DNA from: Monocercomonoides exilis PA203
Lineage: Eukaryota > Protista > Preaxostyla
Direction of reading: 5' to 3'
NCBI GenBank assembly: GCA_001643675.2
Contig: LSRY02000020.1
Span: forward strand, 806,001-870,000
DNA length: 64,000 nt
Shown here: positions 33,889 through 46,085 of the stretch, piece after piece
How positions within the stretch are numbered: position 1 is the first letter of the stretch
How the letters are laid out: each line of letters starts with the position of its first letter
The notes under the pieces: model-generated
The model's database searches: none
What the model was told of the DNA's origin: nothing
What the model saw: the letters and a program-made list of their open reading frames with translations, nothing else
Program-made: the position numbers and the translations under genes

Positions 33889-34782
33889 GGGAAGCAGTTG
33901 CCATTGAATTTGCGCACGATATTTTGTAAAAATAAACTATAAATTTTATAAAGTGTTAACTTTTGTGTGATTAATTTTCTTTCTTCTTTATATTTTTTCA
34001 AAAGAAGTTTATTAAAATTTCCAGCATTTGAGAATTTTTTTTTTTTTTCTTTTTGATAAAAATTAAGAAAGTGGGTTTTATTTGTCAATAGTTATTTTCT
34101 TTTATAAACTTTTTATTAATTTTGTTTGTTTCATTATCTCAATTATTTCATTTCAATATGAAAAAAAAATTTTTTTGCAAATTTGTTTTGTTGATTTTAT
34201 ATATGCATCAAAATAATAAATAATTTGACAAAGAAATGAAAATGATAACAAATGAGAAAAAAGAATATTCAATATTTTGTAAAGTGTAATACAATTTAAT
34301 TCATTTTGAATTATTTGAGATTAAAATGAAGAATTTTTATTCATTTTCCAACTTTTTTGTCTGTATTTATTTATTTTGTTAGCAAAAACATTTTTTTCCT
34401 ATTAAATAAATCTCTTTTGTTTTATTTTCAGGTGAAAAGTGAAACTAAATATTTTGAATAATATTCCTATCCACCTTGAAAATTTTCGCAGAAATGGAAA
34501 TTAGCACTTTTCAATATTACAGTTAATTTTTATGTGAAATGTTGTGGTCTATTACAGATATTTGTTCAAACATTGAGTATTTTTCATATTTGACAAAAAA
34601 TCAAAAACGAGCGAACAAAAAATTTTTTCAAATCAATGCTTTTTCTGTTTATTGGATTTTCAGAAGTTCAAATTCCATTGAAAGAAGTTTTTCGTTCTTA
34701 TGTTTTATGTGTTCTTCTTCTTTTAATAGGCAACAGTTGATATTAAATGCATGATAAATAAAGATGCAAATGATATTATAAC

Positions 34783-35040
34783 TGGGTGATAATTTTAATA
34801 AACATAACATTTTTTGGAGTGTTTGAAATAATGAAAATTCATTGTCATTGGGTTAATAATTTTTATTTAAACGTAAAATATTTATTAATCATATCAAAAA
34901 CCCTATTATGACTTGAAATGATTGAAGAGGTGTCATAAAATAAATCCATCACTTTTTTGTATCAATTAAAGATTATTCATAACAAACATTCATCTCGAAA
35001 TTATTGTCAGAAAAAATTTGATTTCAAAAATAATCACCCA
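34783..35040. mobile_element. Putative MITE-like element, copy 2 (258 bp, inverted relative to copy 1)
   Basis: Begins TGGGTGATAATTTTAATAAACATAAC and ends GAAAAAATTTGATTTCAAAAATAATCACCCA. Both ends match the reverse complement of copy 1. Flanked by AC...AC. Confidence 0.55.
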
Positions 35041-35537
35041 ACTTTTCACTGTTGTTTTTAATTTTTCAAACTGATTTTCAAACCAAAAAAATTGAAATAA
35101 AAAACGAATTCTTTTTAATTATCTTCTATGAATCAACGGAGACTTCATTGATTTTTGAAGTCTAATGGAAAAAAGCTAACAAATAAATTTTTATATTTAT
35201 GATGCTGATTAACAAACAAAAAAACTGTCAAACTAAAAAAACTGCAAATTAATGACTCAAATTGTTTCAAACAAAATTTGGGAGACTATATTTGAAATTA
35301 TAAGTTTTCATAAAAATTTTTAATTTTAATGGGACGAAATATTTAACTACAGGCATTTTTCATTGAAAAATTATGCATTTTAGATGAACTTTTTGCGATC
35401 AAAAAATTTGAAAAAATGTGTCTATTTTTTGAAACACGTGTGAAGTCACAAAACATTTTGTTATTACATCAATGAAGTTTGTTTGCAGTTTAGAAAATCT
35501 TATTTATTTTGTAATCTGAGAAAGTGAAATAAAGTTA

Positions 35538-35808
35538 TGAGTGAAGCAATTTTTCAATGTCTTGTGCAAAAAAAGCTTGAAAGTCCCTTTCTTTCCCCAA
35601 ATAATATGTGAAAATGATATTTTAATGAACACTGAAATATGAAAAAGCCATTTACAAAAAAACTTTATCATTTATTCATCAAACACATTGAACTTTGAAA
35701 CATTGATTATTCATTCAGCACTAGGATAAAAATAAATTGGCTAATGACGAAAAACCTTTTGGTATTCAACACACAGAAAAAAGTTTTGATTTGAAAAATA
35801 ATCACCCT
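35538..35808. mobile_element. Putative MITE-like element, degenerate copy 3 (same orientation as copy 1)
   Basis: Right end CACAGAAAAAAGTTTTGATTTGAAAAATAATCACCC and internal GAACACTGAAATATGAAAAAGCCATTTA match copy 1. The left end is eroded (TGAGTGAAGCAATTTTTCA). Confidence 0.45.
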
Positions 35809-36063
35809 TATATTCAGCTTCACAGCTCGGTATATAAAGAAAATAAAAAATTTTATTTTTTCAATCAATCGATATTTGCTCTGTTGATATTAAAAAAAAT
35901 AAAACAAAATGTTTTAAAAAAATTCCTAACAGTGAATCTTTGCTCATATATATTAATTATGTATGTATTTTGTTATATTCAATAAGCATATGTATATTAC
36001 TTTTTGTTTGGAAGAAAAGTCATTCACACCTTCAACGTCAAATTTTGATTAACCATAATAAAT

Positions 36064-37376
36064 ATGGAAGAAAAAGAATTATATATTATCCAAAACGAAT
36101 TGACTGAAAAAGAACAGAAGATACTGACGGATGTAATACCAACACATGAAATTTTTAAAGCACAAATATTGGAGAGCTATCAATCGAATATAGCTCATTA
36201 CTTTGAATGTGTTGATGGAATCACTCAAACTCAATTCAACCACATTGCCGAATTTTTGTTCCAAAAACTTGGTAACATATTTTTATTTATCAAGATAATT
36301 AACTTTTATGTAAGAGAAAATATTAACCATTAATTTGGATAGAGATAAGGTTCACAGAATTAATATTATTAAAATTTTCCTTCAAATTTATTGTTTTTCA
36401 GAAAGGCCAAACAACTTATAATTCCGAACAACGTAGGCTTGATTCTGCAAACGAGAAAAAAACACAAGATCTTTTAAAAGAAATATCAAATCAATTAACA
36501 GTGTGAAATATTTAAAGCTTTTTAAATAACAAAAAAATAAACAACATTGCATTGAAGAGACTGACTGACACCACTGCACTTATTAATGAACGAACGAAAG
36601 ACATTGATCAGAAAACGGATATCATTCGAGATGAAATGAAAGCAATTAATCCGACAATGACATCTGGAATTTCAGCATTAAAGCCGCTCATCGATGATGA
36701 ACTTTATGATAAAGGTAATTCTTTTGAAGAAAAGCATCAAAAGCCATCATTTTATGAAAAAGAGAAAAGCAAACCAGGAAGCAAAGAAGACGAAAGATTT
36801 TATGATTATGTATGACTCAAATTTATTTTTAATATTTAAATAATTCATTCATCACTAATTTTAGTGCCCTTATTGCGGAGAACCTGTTAAAGATGAATTG
36901 CTTGATGTATGTTTTTCTTTCTTATCAATGAACTTAAATTAGAAACAATTAATTAAATTCATGCGAATATCATAATTATTAATTGTGTTGATTTCAACAT
37001 ATAAACATGACCGATCACAATTGTTTATGACTTATCGCAGATGCATATTAAAATATGTCCTCAACTTGAAAAAAAGAAGAACTTCAAAGATGAAGCACCG
37101 TCTTCATCGTCTGCTTCAAGATCAGCATCAGACTTTCATTTTCCATACAATGCTTTACCAGAAAATTCTGCATATTCTGTATCTCATTTATCTCGTTTCC
37201 CTCCATCTTATGAAACATCTTACCCTTCAAGAAGTTCTGATTCATTATCTAATGATTTGAATGATCCAACACTTTTAGAGAAAGAAGTCGAATGCCCAAT
37301 CTGTCATGAAAAAAGAAAGTATGACTCAATTGACTTTCACATTCAATATGCTCACGGAAGTGGGAAAGATAAATGA
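36064..37376 (+). CDS. Multi-exon protein with a coiled coil and two zinc fingers (UBZ-like C2HC and C-terminal C2H2)
   Basis: Splicing 36865-36906 to 37041 gives CPYCGEPVKDELLDMHIKICP. The last exon has ECPICHEKRKYDSIDFHIQYAH. About 6 exons with GT-AG ends. Confidence 0.65.
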
Positions 37377-37648
37377 CAGTTGAGAAACAATTGCATCTTT
37401 CTTTATTGATAATTTCATTTTTAATAATGATTGAGATACTTATATAATTATGCGTATTTTTTTCTCAATTACTGTTGAATTTCAACATGTCATTTTTTAT
37501 TTAAAGTCTTTATCAATATCACATTTGAATAATAAGTAATAAAATACTTGTTCAAAACATATAAAAGCTTGAAATATCTGACTTAAATTTATTGTTTGAA
37601 AGAAATAATTACTTCTGCAGATCGTAATTTAAACAAAACATTTAATCA

Positions 37649-40048
37649 ATGATGCCCCGAACCCCTAAAACTCACAGTACGTCAAGAATCGGCGCAAAAA
37701 GTCCACCGAAAAAGGTTAGTTTATTTGTATTTTTTGAATTCATATTTTTACAAACTAATTTATGTTAAGCAAATATCAAAGAAAATTCATGGAGTAGAAG
37801 AATCGATGGGACACATGAAAACAGAACTGGATGCGATAATTGCAGATTTAAGGAAATCGCTCATTGAAATACAAATAGTTTGTACTGAGAGCGGAATTCT
37901 TTTGTTTCAAAAATTATAAAACTTTTGTTTTTTGCTTCAGGATATTGAAAAACAAGGAGAGCAAACAGCTCAACTTGAAACGCGCACAATTGAAAGAGAA
38001 GCATCACTTGCACATTTAGAGCAATTATCTGCTCTTGAAATGCAACTGGCACATTGGGCTGAAAAAAAAATCGTTGAATCCACAACACCAATGTTTGAAA
38101 AATATAATGTTTTGAATTTAACCTTTAATGTATTCTTTTTTAATTTAAGAAAAGAAGAATGTGATAGAGCGACTCGATCTTTGGCTGCTGATTTGAGAAC
38201 AACAAATATTCAACTTTTAAGCCTTAGAAATGAAATCGGAGGACAACTCACACTTGTAGCAAAACGAATAGATGATATGGTGACAACTCGTCAGAATGAT
38301 CTCACAATTTTTGAAAAAGTTTGTGATGAATTTGAGGATTAATTTTGAAAATTATTTTTTTGCAGCGCTGTGGAGATACAGAATTCAGAATAGGTGATCG
38401 AGTGGATTCTCTTCAACGAGTCATTCAATCTTTGAAAGAAAATGTAACGTCCATGAGAGCATACATTGAAGTTTTCACATCGTCACCTTCTGTAAGTGGA
38501 AGCACACTGTCTTCAACATCATCTCTTGGTTCTTCCCTTTCTGTTCAACCAGATCCATCTCAGATGAACATCTTGCTTTCAAGAGTGAAAGCGTATGCAT
38601 CGGATTTGCAGACTCAATCGTCTGGTTTGTCATCGAAGGATATTTTATGTTAATTCATAATTAATTATAAAAACTTACAAACGATCGAAATAATATATTT
38701 TGAATTATTGTTTTTGAATTACTCTCTGAATGAAATTACATAATTGCACATTTTTATTATTTAATGATAAAACGGTGTATATTTTTATGTATGTTACATA
38801 TACTATTAACTAAAGAATCGCTGATGGCGCGAGTCGATCAGTTGGAGCAGTCATTAACCGACAGGCTAACAAGGGTTATTAAAGAGAGGCAACAGAATTC
38901 AATCATGCAATTTGAAACCAATTCAATGAAAAAAGTTGATGAAGAAGTTAAAATATTGAAGGATGAACAGCAACAGGGGTACATCAACATGAAGGTGTGA
39001 AGCACAATTAATCTCTACATTCCAATTGATGAAGTGCTATAATAATAATAATAATAATAATAATTACAATCCTTTTTAAATTTGCAAAATTCCATTCATC
39101 ATTCAGGAATTGGAGACTCGGATTACCGAGCAAATTGGGCAGTTGCACAGCAGTCTTGCCAAGCAGAACGAGCAGCTGCAGTCGGCAGTTGTCCCGCAGC
39201 TGCGGAGGTTGGAGACGCAGGTGACATCACTGGCATCTGTCACATCTTCTCTAACAGCTCAGTCGAATGCTTCTTCGTCTTCCCCTTCCTCGTTCTCTTC
39301 CTCGTCCTCTTCACCTTCATCAACACCAACACAGCAACTTGGTGAGTCTTCGGGTGATTTGCCGTCTTCATCCACGTTGGCTTTGACTCACCAAGTCAAT
39401 GCACTTCGAACACAAGTCACGACGTTGCAGAGTCGTGTGGACTATTTGGAGGAGATGGTGACTTCACTTGCTGGTGCTTGTTTGCTTACTTGTTTAAATT
39501 TTATTTATGATTTGATTTAATTTCTTTTTCTCATTTTTTCTTTTTCTTTTTCTTTCTTTCTTTCTTTATCCACTGAACATCCTCTTTTTTTTAATGATGA
39601 CGTGCAATACTATCGCATTTAATCATTTTTGTTTCTTAAAGGTGGAATGAAAAGCGGATCGACTATGGCAACGCCTTCTTTCCAGCCACCAACCCCTCTT
39701 CGCTCCTATCCATCTCAACCTCCTTCTGCTGCGTTTCTTGCGACTCAGCAATCCAATCTCAACCACACATTCGCTTCTTCATACGCTTCGCCTGGTGCTC
39801 CGTTTGCTTCTCAAACCATTTCATCTTCTCAACTTTCTCGTCCTTCCGCTTCTTCTTCTTCTTCTATTGCTTCTTCTTCTTCTTCTTTAAGCGCTTCCAC
39901 TTCTTCTCCTGGACCAATGCCCGCAATCTCTTCATTTGAATCACCTTCCCCCTATTCTTCCTCGTCTACCCCCTCTGAATCTTCTACTGGCCCTAACATT
40001 TCATCGCTTCAGCAATCCTTTTCATTGAGAGGATCAATTCTTGCATGA
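37649..40048 (+). CDS. Multi-exon coiled-coil protein with S/P-rich C-terminus, function unknown
   Basis: Chain of same-strand heptad-rich ORF pieces (37725-39520) separated by AT-rich GT-AG introns. ATG at 37649, stop TGA at 40046-40048. Confidence 0.65.
39038..39064. repeat. (AAT)n microsatellite in an intron
   Basis: tataataataataat... run. Confidence 0.8.
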
Positions 40049-40805
40049 AGAAGAAGAAACAAGACAAAATTCCAATGCATCCATTCATTGATGCTTACAA
40101 TTTATTTTATTTTATTTTATTTATTTATTTTTTTCTTAATGACAATTCTGTTGTATTTAAAATTTATTTCTGTAATAAATTGTTATCACGTTTATTTTTT
40201 TCTATCTTCAACGATTGATTTTATTAATTGATGATTTATCAACAACGTAGAAACATAATAACAATGCTTTAGCAATTATCAACTTTTTTTAAAGGAAAAT
40301 CAAATTGTCCACTCTTGGCACACATTCTGGCTCATCACATTTTTCTTACAACTTTTGGAATAATAATCCTTTTTTCAATAATAACAACACTTTCACTTTC
40401 TATTTGCATTTGGCTTCACAGTTTTGTTATAAAAAACATTTTTGCACACAAAAAGAAATGACTAATTGATAAAAATTTTTTTGCATTGAGAGGCAATAAT
40501 TTCACGATTAATTCAAAATCGCTAACAAACAATAAAAAAAAAACTTTGTAAAACTTTGAGATGAATACAGTTTCAAACGAAACAGCAAACACGAGTTGGA
40601 ATATGTGATTATGAGAAATCTGGTTTGAAAAAATCAGAGTCTGAGTGATGCAAAGTTTTTAACAATCAGATAAAAACTTGCAACAGAAGATACGAGTGTG
40701 ACAAATCCAATATTTTTTTGAGAGTCATCACAAGATGAATTTATTTGAAAAACGAAAAACTATTTCAATGGAAAAATTGAAAAATATCATTGAGTCACAA
40801 AACGC

Positions 40806-41778
40806 TTACGAGGAAGGAACATTAGCTTTTAAATAATCATTTATCCATTTTTTCAAATTATCCAGATTACGGCTCTCTGTAAATTTTGATATTTTCCCTT
40901 TGTAAAATCTATTGTTTTTTAAATTCAAAAATATATTTGATTATTAATCATAAAGAAACCAGATTCATTATAAAAAAGAAAAAGAAAGCAAACAATCTTA
41001 CAGATGGAACACCGGATATGGAATTATTCTTGCAAACATCTGGGGAAAATACATATAAATATTATTTAATAAAAATACAAACCCATATAATCTGCGCAAT
41101 TAACTTCTCCGAAGGCCAGATTGTCATTTGCGGAATATGTTTGTGCGAGTGTGATATAATCAGGGGCAAAGGCCTGAAAAAACGATTAAAATACAAAATT
41201 TGAAAAAATTCTATCATTAATTCACACTGTGCAATATCCACAAGTTGGACGGAAACTGTTAGATGAAAACAAAAATTGAATGATAAAACATAAACACAAC
41301 AATTTACATACAATTTAACGATCCAAACATCGCTTGATTGCTTCATAAGATCGAAAGTCTCAATATTTAAGGGATGAACTATTCCAGGGGTACTGTCCAA
41401 TTTTGCTTGTGGTAATGGCAATTCATCCTTAACATCTAACTTTTGAGAAGAAGGTTCGGTGAATTCAGTTTTTTGTGAAGTTTCAGTTGGATCAGGAATC
41501 TGAGCCTGAGGTTCCACAAATTCAGATGAAATTTTATCATGAGGTTGTGTCACATCTTCTTTCGGGGTCACAATTTGTGAATCTTGATGACTTTGTTGCT
41601 GCTGTTGCATTTTTTCTTGTTCCGTCTCCGTTTGCTGTTTCTGAGTTTGTGCTGTTGTATCACTGGAAAGAACATGCGTATCCGTTGATGGAATAGGAGC
41701 CATTCCAAATGCTATAATCAATAAAAGTAAATATCCAACAACTCCACTCAATGCATAAAGTTTATATGTTTTATTCAT
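40806..41778 (-). CDS. Membrane-anchored thioredoxin / PDI-family protein (CGYC active site), 5 exons
   Basis: N-terminal hydrophobic anchor and Q/E/T/P-rich stalk. Spliced domain reads WIVKFFRPTCGYCTAFAPDY...FGEVNCADYMDVCKNNSISGVPSVRLFYKGK...RNLDNLKKWI. Confidence 0.85.
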
Positions 41779-41975
41779 GGTCAAAAGCCAGTCAATTGAT
41801 TTTTTGAAATTTTATAATGGATTTTTTCTTAACATTTTTAATGAGTACGTACAAAATGGATCATTTTAAATTGAAGCATATGAATAGTTGAATAATAAGA
41901 AAAAATCAACACAAATCAGTGACTATAATTCATTATTTTCTCTTCCCAAATAATAGGATGATCAATACAATAAAC

Positions 41976-42764
41976 ATGTTTGTTTTTGGATTATTAATCA
42001 CTGCGGCATTTGCCGAAACTTTCGTTGATCTGGAAGATAATGGATACATTACATATACCGTGAAAAAAGGAGACACATTGTCAGCAATTGCAAAAAAGTA
42101 CGGAACAACCGTTCAAAAGATCTGTGAACTTAATGGAATTAAAAATGCAAACAAAATTTATGTTGGACAAAAGTTGAAGATTCCACAAAACACCCCAACC
42201 CCACCATCCCCTCCAAAGCCATCTCCGCCATCTCCAAAGCCAACTCCAGGAAAAGGTGTTACAAATGATCAGATGAAAAGATTGGGATGGAACCCAAGCA
42301 CTTGCCGCATGAACGATTTGAACAGCTGCTTGTCAAGATTCAGCATTAACACTCATCTGAGACTGTGCCACTTCTTGTCTCAATGCTCTCATGAATCTGC
42401 TTGCGGAAGATATACTAAAGAGCTTGCTTCAGGAAAGGCATACGAAGGAAGAAAAGATCTTGGAAACACACAACCAGGTGACGGACCAAAATACAAGGGA
42501 GGAGGGTATATTCAATTGACAGGAAGATATAATTATCAGGCATTTGCAAACTTTATTGGAGATCAAGGAGTTATGAATGGTGTTGACTATGTTGCACAAA
42601 ATTATCCATGGTCTTCAGCTGGATTCTGGTGGCACAAGAATAACATGAACTCGTTGTGTGACAAAAACCCATCAGTTGAACAAGTTACAAAGAGAGTTAA
42701 TGGTGGATACAACGGATTGGAATCAAGGAGATCTTACTTTAACAAAGCTGTTAATATTTTCTAA
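41976..42764 (+). CDS. Secreted LysM + GH19 (endolysin/chitinase-type) glycoside hydrolase, intronless
   Basis: Signal peptide [13 protein letters not shown]; Lys[45 protein letters not shown]; Pro-rich linker; GH19 motifs [40 protein letters not shown] and [13 protein letters not shown]. Confidence 0.93.
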   Translation: MFVFGLLITAAFAETFVDLEDNGYITYTVKKGDTLSAIAKKYGTTVQKICELNGIKNANKIYVGQKLKIPQNTPTPPSPPKPSPPSPKPTPGKGVTNDQMKRLGWNPSTCRMNDLNSCLSRFSINTHLRLCHFLSQCSHESACGRYTKELASGKAYEGRKDLGNTQPGDGPKYKGGGYIQLTGRYNYQAFANFIGDQGVMNGVDYVAQNYPWSSAGFWWHKNNMNSLCDKNPSVEQVTKRVNGGYNGLESRRSYFNKAVNIF

Positions 42765-42893
42765 ATTTATTCCTAAGGGAATATAATTACAGCACGCTCA
42801 AGAATCACTCATACTTAGTAAGAGTTGATTTTTAATATTGAACATCTTCAGAATTTAATATTTTTTGAAGATAATGAGATATCACAGTTTATG

Positions 42894-42950
42894 ATTTTAT
42901 ATTTTTATTTTTTATTTTTTATTTTTTATTTTTATTTTTATTTTTATTTT
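42894..42950. repeat. (TTTTTA)n hexanucleotide microsatellite
   Basis: atttttatttttattttt... array downstream of the GH19 gene. A similar array lies at 49188-49229. Confidence 0.8.
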
Positions 42951-43555
42951 TGATTATCTTATATATATCATACATATATATACTGAGTTTCGATTTGAGA
43001 TGCATACAATTGATTAATCTTTTTTTCAATTTTGCAATAAATGCCTCAATTAAAGAGATGAAAATTATCTTTATTTGTTTTATTTTTAATCTTAAAAATT
43101 TCGTTTCATTGATATTGTCCAAAATGTCATAAAAGTAAATAGAATCTAAATTTGAAAGGAAACGAATGAAAGTGTATACCAATCGTTTTTGAATTGAAGA
43201 GTAAATTGGAAGTGTTTGGTGAAATATGAAGTTATGTTGGACGCTCTTTTGTCTGAAAGTGAAAAGCCATATGTCCGATGAAATTCAATGGATTTGCTAA
43301 AAGAAAAAATTATTAACTATCATAATTTCGTTTTATGAGAATATCATTTTCAATAGACATTTTTTGTTTTTTTCAAATAGATCAGTGTTGAATCCAATCA
43401 TCAAAAGTCTTTTCAAGTTAATTGCTGTTGCTATTGTTTTAATGAAAAATTTGAAAATATGAATTCAAGGATAAAAATTTCAAAACACTGATTCCCCAAA
43501 ATAATATTTTATAAAGATCTTCGTGTGTTTGTTGGAGAAGATATTTTTCACAAAA

Positions 43556-43941
43556 ATGGTTTGCTTCCTGAAAGAAAGTAATTTCTTGCTAAATATTTTT
43601 GTATGTAACTTTTTATCGACAACAATTTCATTGATCAGGATTACGACGAAGAATATGAAGGAACAAAAAAGAAAGATGGAAAACCAATAACTTTTAAGAA
43701 ATGGAGTGCTGTTGCAGTTTGGAGATATTCAATTAACCAGGACACATGCATCATTTGCAGGCAAAACCTTCAAGAACCATGTCTTGAATGCCAACATCAA
43801 GGAACATCTGAATCAGGAGGTGATAATTGCCACATCGCTTGGGGAGTTTGTAATCATGCATTCCATTTCCATTGCTTATCACGTTGGCTGAAAACTCGAC
43901 CAGCTTGCCCAATTTGCAACAAAGATTGGAATTATGTTTAA
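43556..43941 (+). CDS. RBX1: RING-box protein (RBX1/RBX2/APC11 family RING-H2); ATG-only coding exon 43556-43558 plus exon 43639-43941
   Basis: A frame missed by the ORF track reads FKKWSAVAVWRYSINQDTCIICRQNLQEPCLECQ...CHIAWGVCNHAFHFHCLSRWLKTRPACPICNKDW. Assignment to RBX1 rather than RBX2 is tentative. Confidence 0.88.
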
Positions 43942-44151
43942 GTTGAAAATGAAAAATACAACAGAAATATTCTCACTTTTCAAACTTATTCATAGCTGTT
44001 TCGCATTTTCTTTTTGATAATTTCAATTCAAACAAATGACTATACTTCAATTTTTTTTTATAAAAAAATCAATATGCTTTTTATCAAATTTCATTTTTTT
44101 TTTAAAATAAGTCAAAAAATAATGATACGAAAAAAGGAACAATATTTTTTT

Positions 44152-45819
44152 TTAATTATCAAGCTTCTTCCTTGTTTTGAGAAGATGCCCTTCTGTTGTA
44201 AAGACCCACTCGTTGAGAGGGAAGACTGTGTTTGGATCACAAAAAATCAGATAAAGGTACTTGAGTGTTTCAGAAAGAAAAAAAGAAGGCATTTCATTTA
44301 TTCTCTTGATAGACGTTTGATAAACATTTGAGAGCGAAGAATATCCACGAGAGAATTCTTTGCCATTTACGAAATCTGGTGGAATGCGACAGTATTTTTC
44401 TATAGAAACGAAAATTTTCCATGCTTCTTCTTTATATTTTGGATCTAGAGTTGAGCGATATAGATAGAAAAGAGATTCTACAACTTCAGGGCGAAGTCTG
44501 TATTTTTCACTTTCTTCTTTTTGCACTGCATCAACTTGCTCTGATTTCATCTCAATAAACTGTCCACTAAGACCAATTGATGACCTTCTATACATATCAA
44601 CACACGTATTCATCAATTCAGTGGATGCTTTGTACAATTCATCTAATATAGCATCTCGTTCTGTCATTGGCCTTTCCCATTTAAATTGGCGCCATCCATT
44701 TAGAAATGACACTCCAAGCGCAAGGTTTCCTGGAACAAAGCAGCTCAGATGGTCCCAACGCCCCCAATCGCTTGACGTCTTCCACCACACAAGGCCATTC
44801 CTATTTATTCCTTTCATTTTTCTATTGAAGGCCAACATCTGCTCCATCCAATGCTCTTCAATTCCAATTCCTTGTGCAGATTGCTCATCAGTCGAAGTAG
44901 CAGGATGAGTTGAAGAAGTCATCAATAAAGGATCAGGAAATAAATAAATAGCTATTTTGATCAAATATTCAAAGAAAGAATCTGATGGTGGACCGATTGT
45001 CACTTGGCGATGTGTAAATTTCATTCCATCTCTGTTTATTTGATAAGGGATAATATTTGACCTGGATCTACCTTCAGCATTCAATATAACTTGAAGGGCA
45101 CGAAGAGAGTTATACGCAAAACTATTATCATGCGTTCTGTCTGAAAGCGCAACAAATTCCAGCCAAACAGCCACTTCTGACAAAAGTGCGGTATCCTGGG
45201 GCTTAGGCTGACCGAAATCGATTTCAAGCTCAGAAATTGACGGAAGATAAAACGAAGAAGTTGTTGATTTTTCATGCATTGTTGTTTGCGGGTTTTTCGA
45301 AAACAATTCATTGTATGGAATTGAGCAACGCTTATTCGCTTCAAAAGATTGCAGTAATTGATTTCCAATTAAGGTGGCTTTTTCAAGAAAAAAGAAATCA
45401 TTAGACAGGTCATATGCTGAAATAAGGCCTCCAAGAATCCTTATTGTAACTTCAAATAGAGAGGTTCCTTTTCCAGACAGCTTAAATTCGGAATTTGCCA
45501 AAAATTTTTTAATATCGATCAATTCATGAGTCAAATTCATAACGCAGATTGTTGAAATAGCATCAATCATCGTCGTAGCTTGACCATTAAGCCATTCATT
45601 TCTGGATTTGTTTAGTGGAAATAACTCATCACTTCCCCAAGCGTGTAACTTGTAAGCATCCCATGCATAAACAAAAGCATTTTTGATTGCATCCCTCCTC
45701 TTTATATCTTGTTGATTAACTGTTGTATTCGGTAAGCTCGAATTAATAGGTAATAAAACATTCGATTTCAAACAGAAATCCGCAAAATGAAGAATACAAA
45801 AAATCCATATTACGAACAT
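44152..45819 (-). CDS. GH47 class I alpha-1,2-mannosidase (MNS1/EDEM-like), intronless
   Basis: AFVYAWDAYKLHAWGSDEL.P, SLFEVTIRILGGLISAY, DSFFEYLIK, HLSCF.PG, YRLRPEVVESLFYLYR, SFFLSETLKYLYL, FTTEGH. Confidence 0.95.
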   Translation of the reverse strand: MFVIWIFCILHFADFCLKSNVLLPINSSLPNTTVNQQDIKRRDAIKNAFVYAWDAYKLHAWGSDELFPLNKSRNEWLNGQATTMIDAISTICVMNLTHELIDIKKFLANSEFKLSGKGTSLFEVTIRILGGLISAYDLSNDFFFLEKATLIGNQLLQSFEANKRCSIPYNELFSKNPQTTMHEKSTTSSFYLPSISELEIDFGQPKPQDTALLSEVAVWLEFVALSDRTHDNSFAYNSLRALQVILNAEGRSRSNIIPYQINRDGMKFTHRQVTIGPPSDSFFEYLIKIAIYLFPDPLLMTSSTHPATSTDEQSAQGIGIEEHWMEQMLAFNRKMKGINRNGLVWWKTSSDWGRWDHLSCFVPGNLALGVSFLNGWRQFKWERPMTERDAILDELYKASTELMNTCVDMYRRSSIGLSGQFIEMKSEQVDAVQKEESEKYRLRPEVVESLFYLYRSTLDPKYKEEAWKIFVSIEKYCRIPPDFVNGKEFSRGYSSLSNVYQTSIKRINEMPSFFLSETLKYLYLIFCDPNTVFPLNEWVFTTEGHLLKTRKKLDN

Positions 45820-46084
45820 TGAAAACGCATAGCAGAATGGTCTCGATTTATTGATTTTTTATTTTTTGTAAGCAATGAAATCCATCAAAAAATAAATTTG
45901 CCCTTAATTTATTTCAACAGTTATTTAAAATTTTTATCATAAATGAATTCCAGTAAATTTTTCAATTAATTCGTTTCTCACTTAAAACAACACTCCTTAA
46001 ATCCTTGGAATGCGGATATTTCATTTGTCTATATGTTTCATTTTCTTTCACTCTGCATTTAAACATAAACACCTTCCTTTCCAT

Positions 46085-46085
<1 letters not shown>

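Noticed and set aside
3049-40797. TGAGTCA (AP-1/GCN4-like) sites at ~3049, 6084, 35253 and 40791
   Set aside because: A handful of hits in 64 kb is about what base composition predicts, with no consistent position relative to starts.
41976-42764. Bacterial contamination as the source of LysM-GH19 (and of the activator)
   Set aside because: The gene is embedded between spliced eukaryotic genes with AT-rich flanks and no operon context. The activator carries GT-AG introns and host-style Ser inserts.
28983-43941. Possible TAA/TAG=Gln genetic code as in some oxymonads
   Set aside because: EF-1alpha, GH19 and the RING-box gene end at TAA at their expected C-termini, and multi-kb ORFs contain no in-frame TAR.
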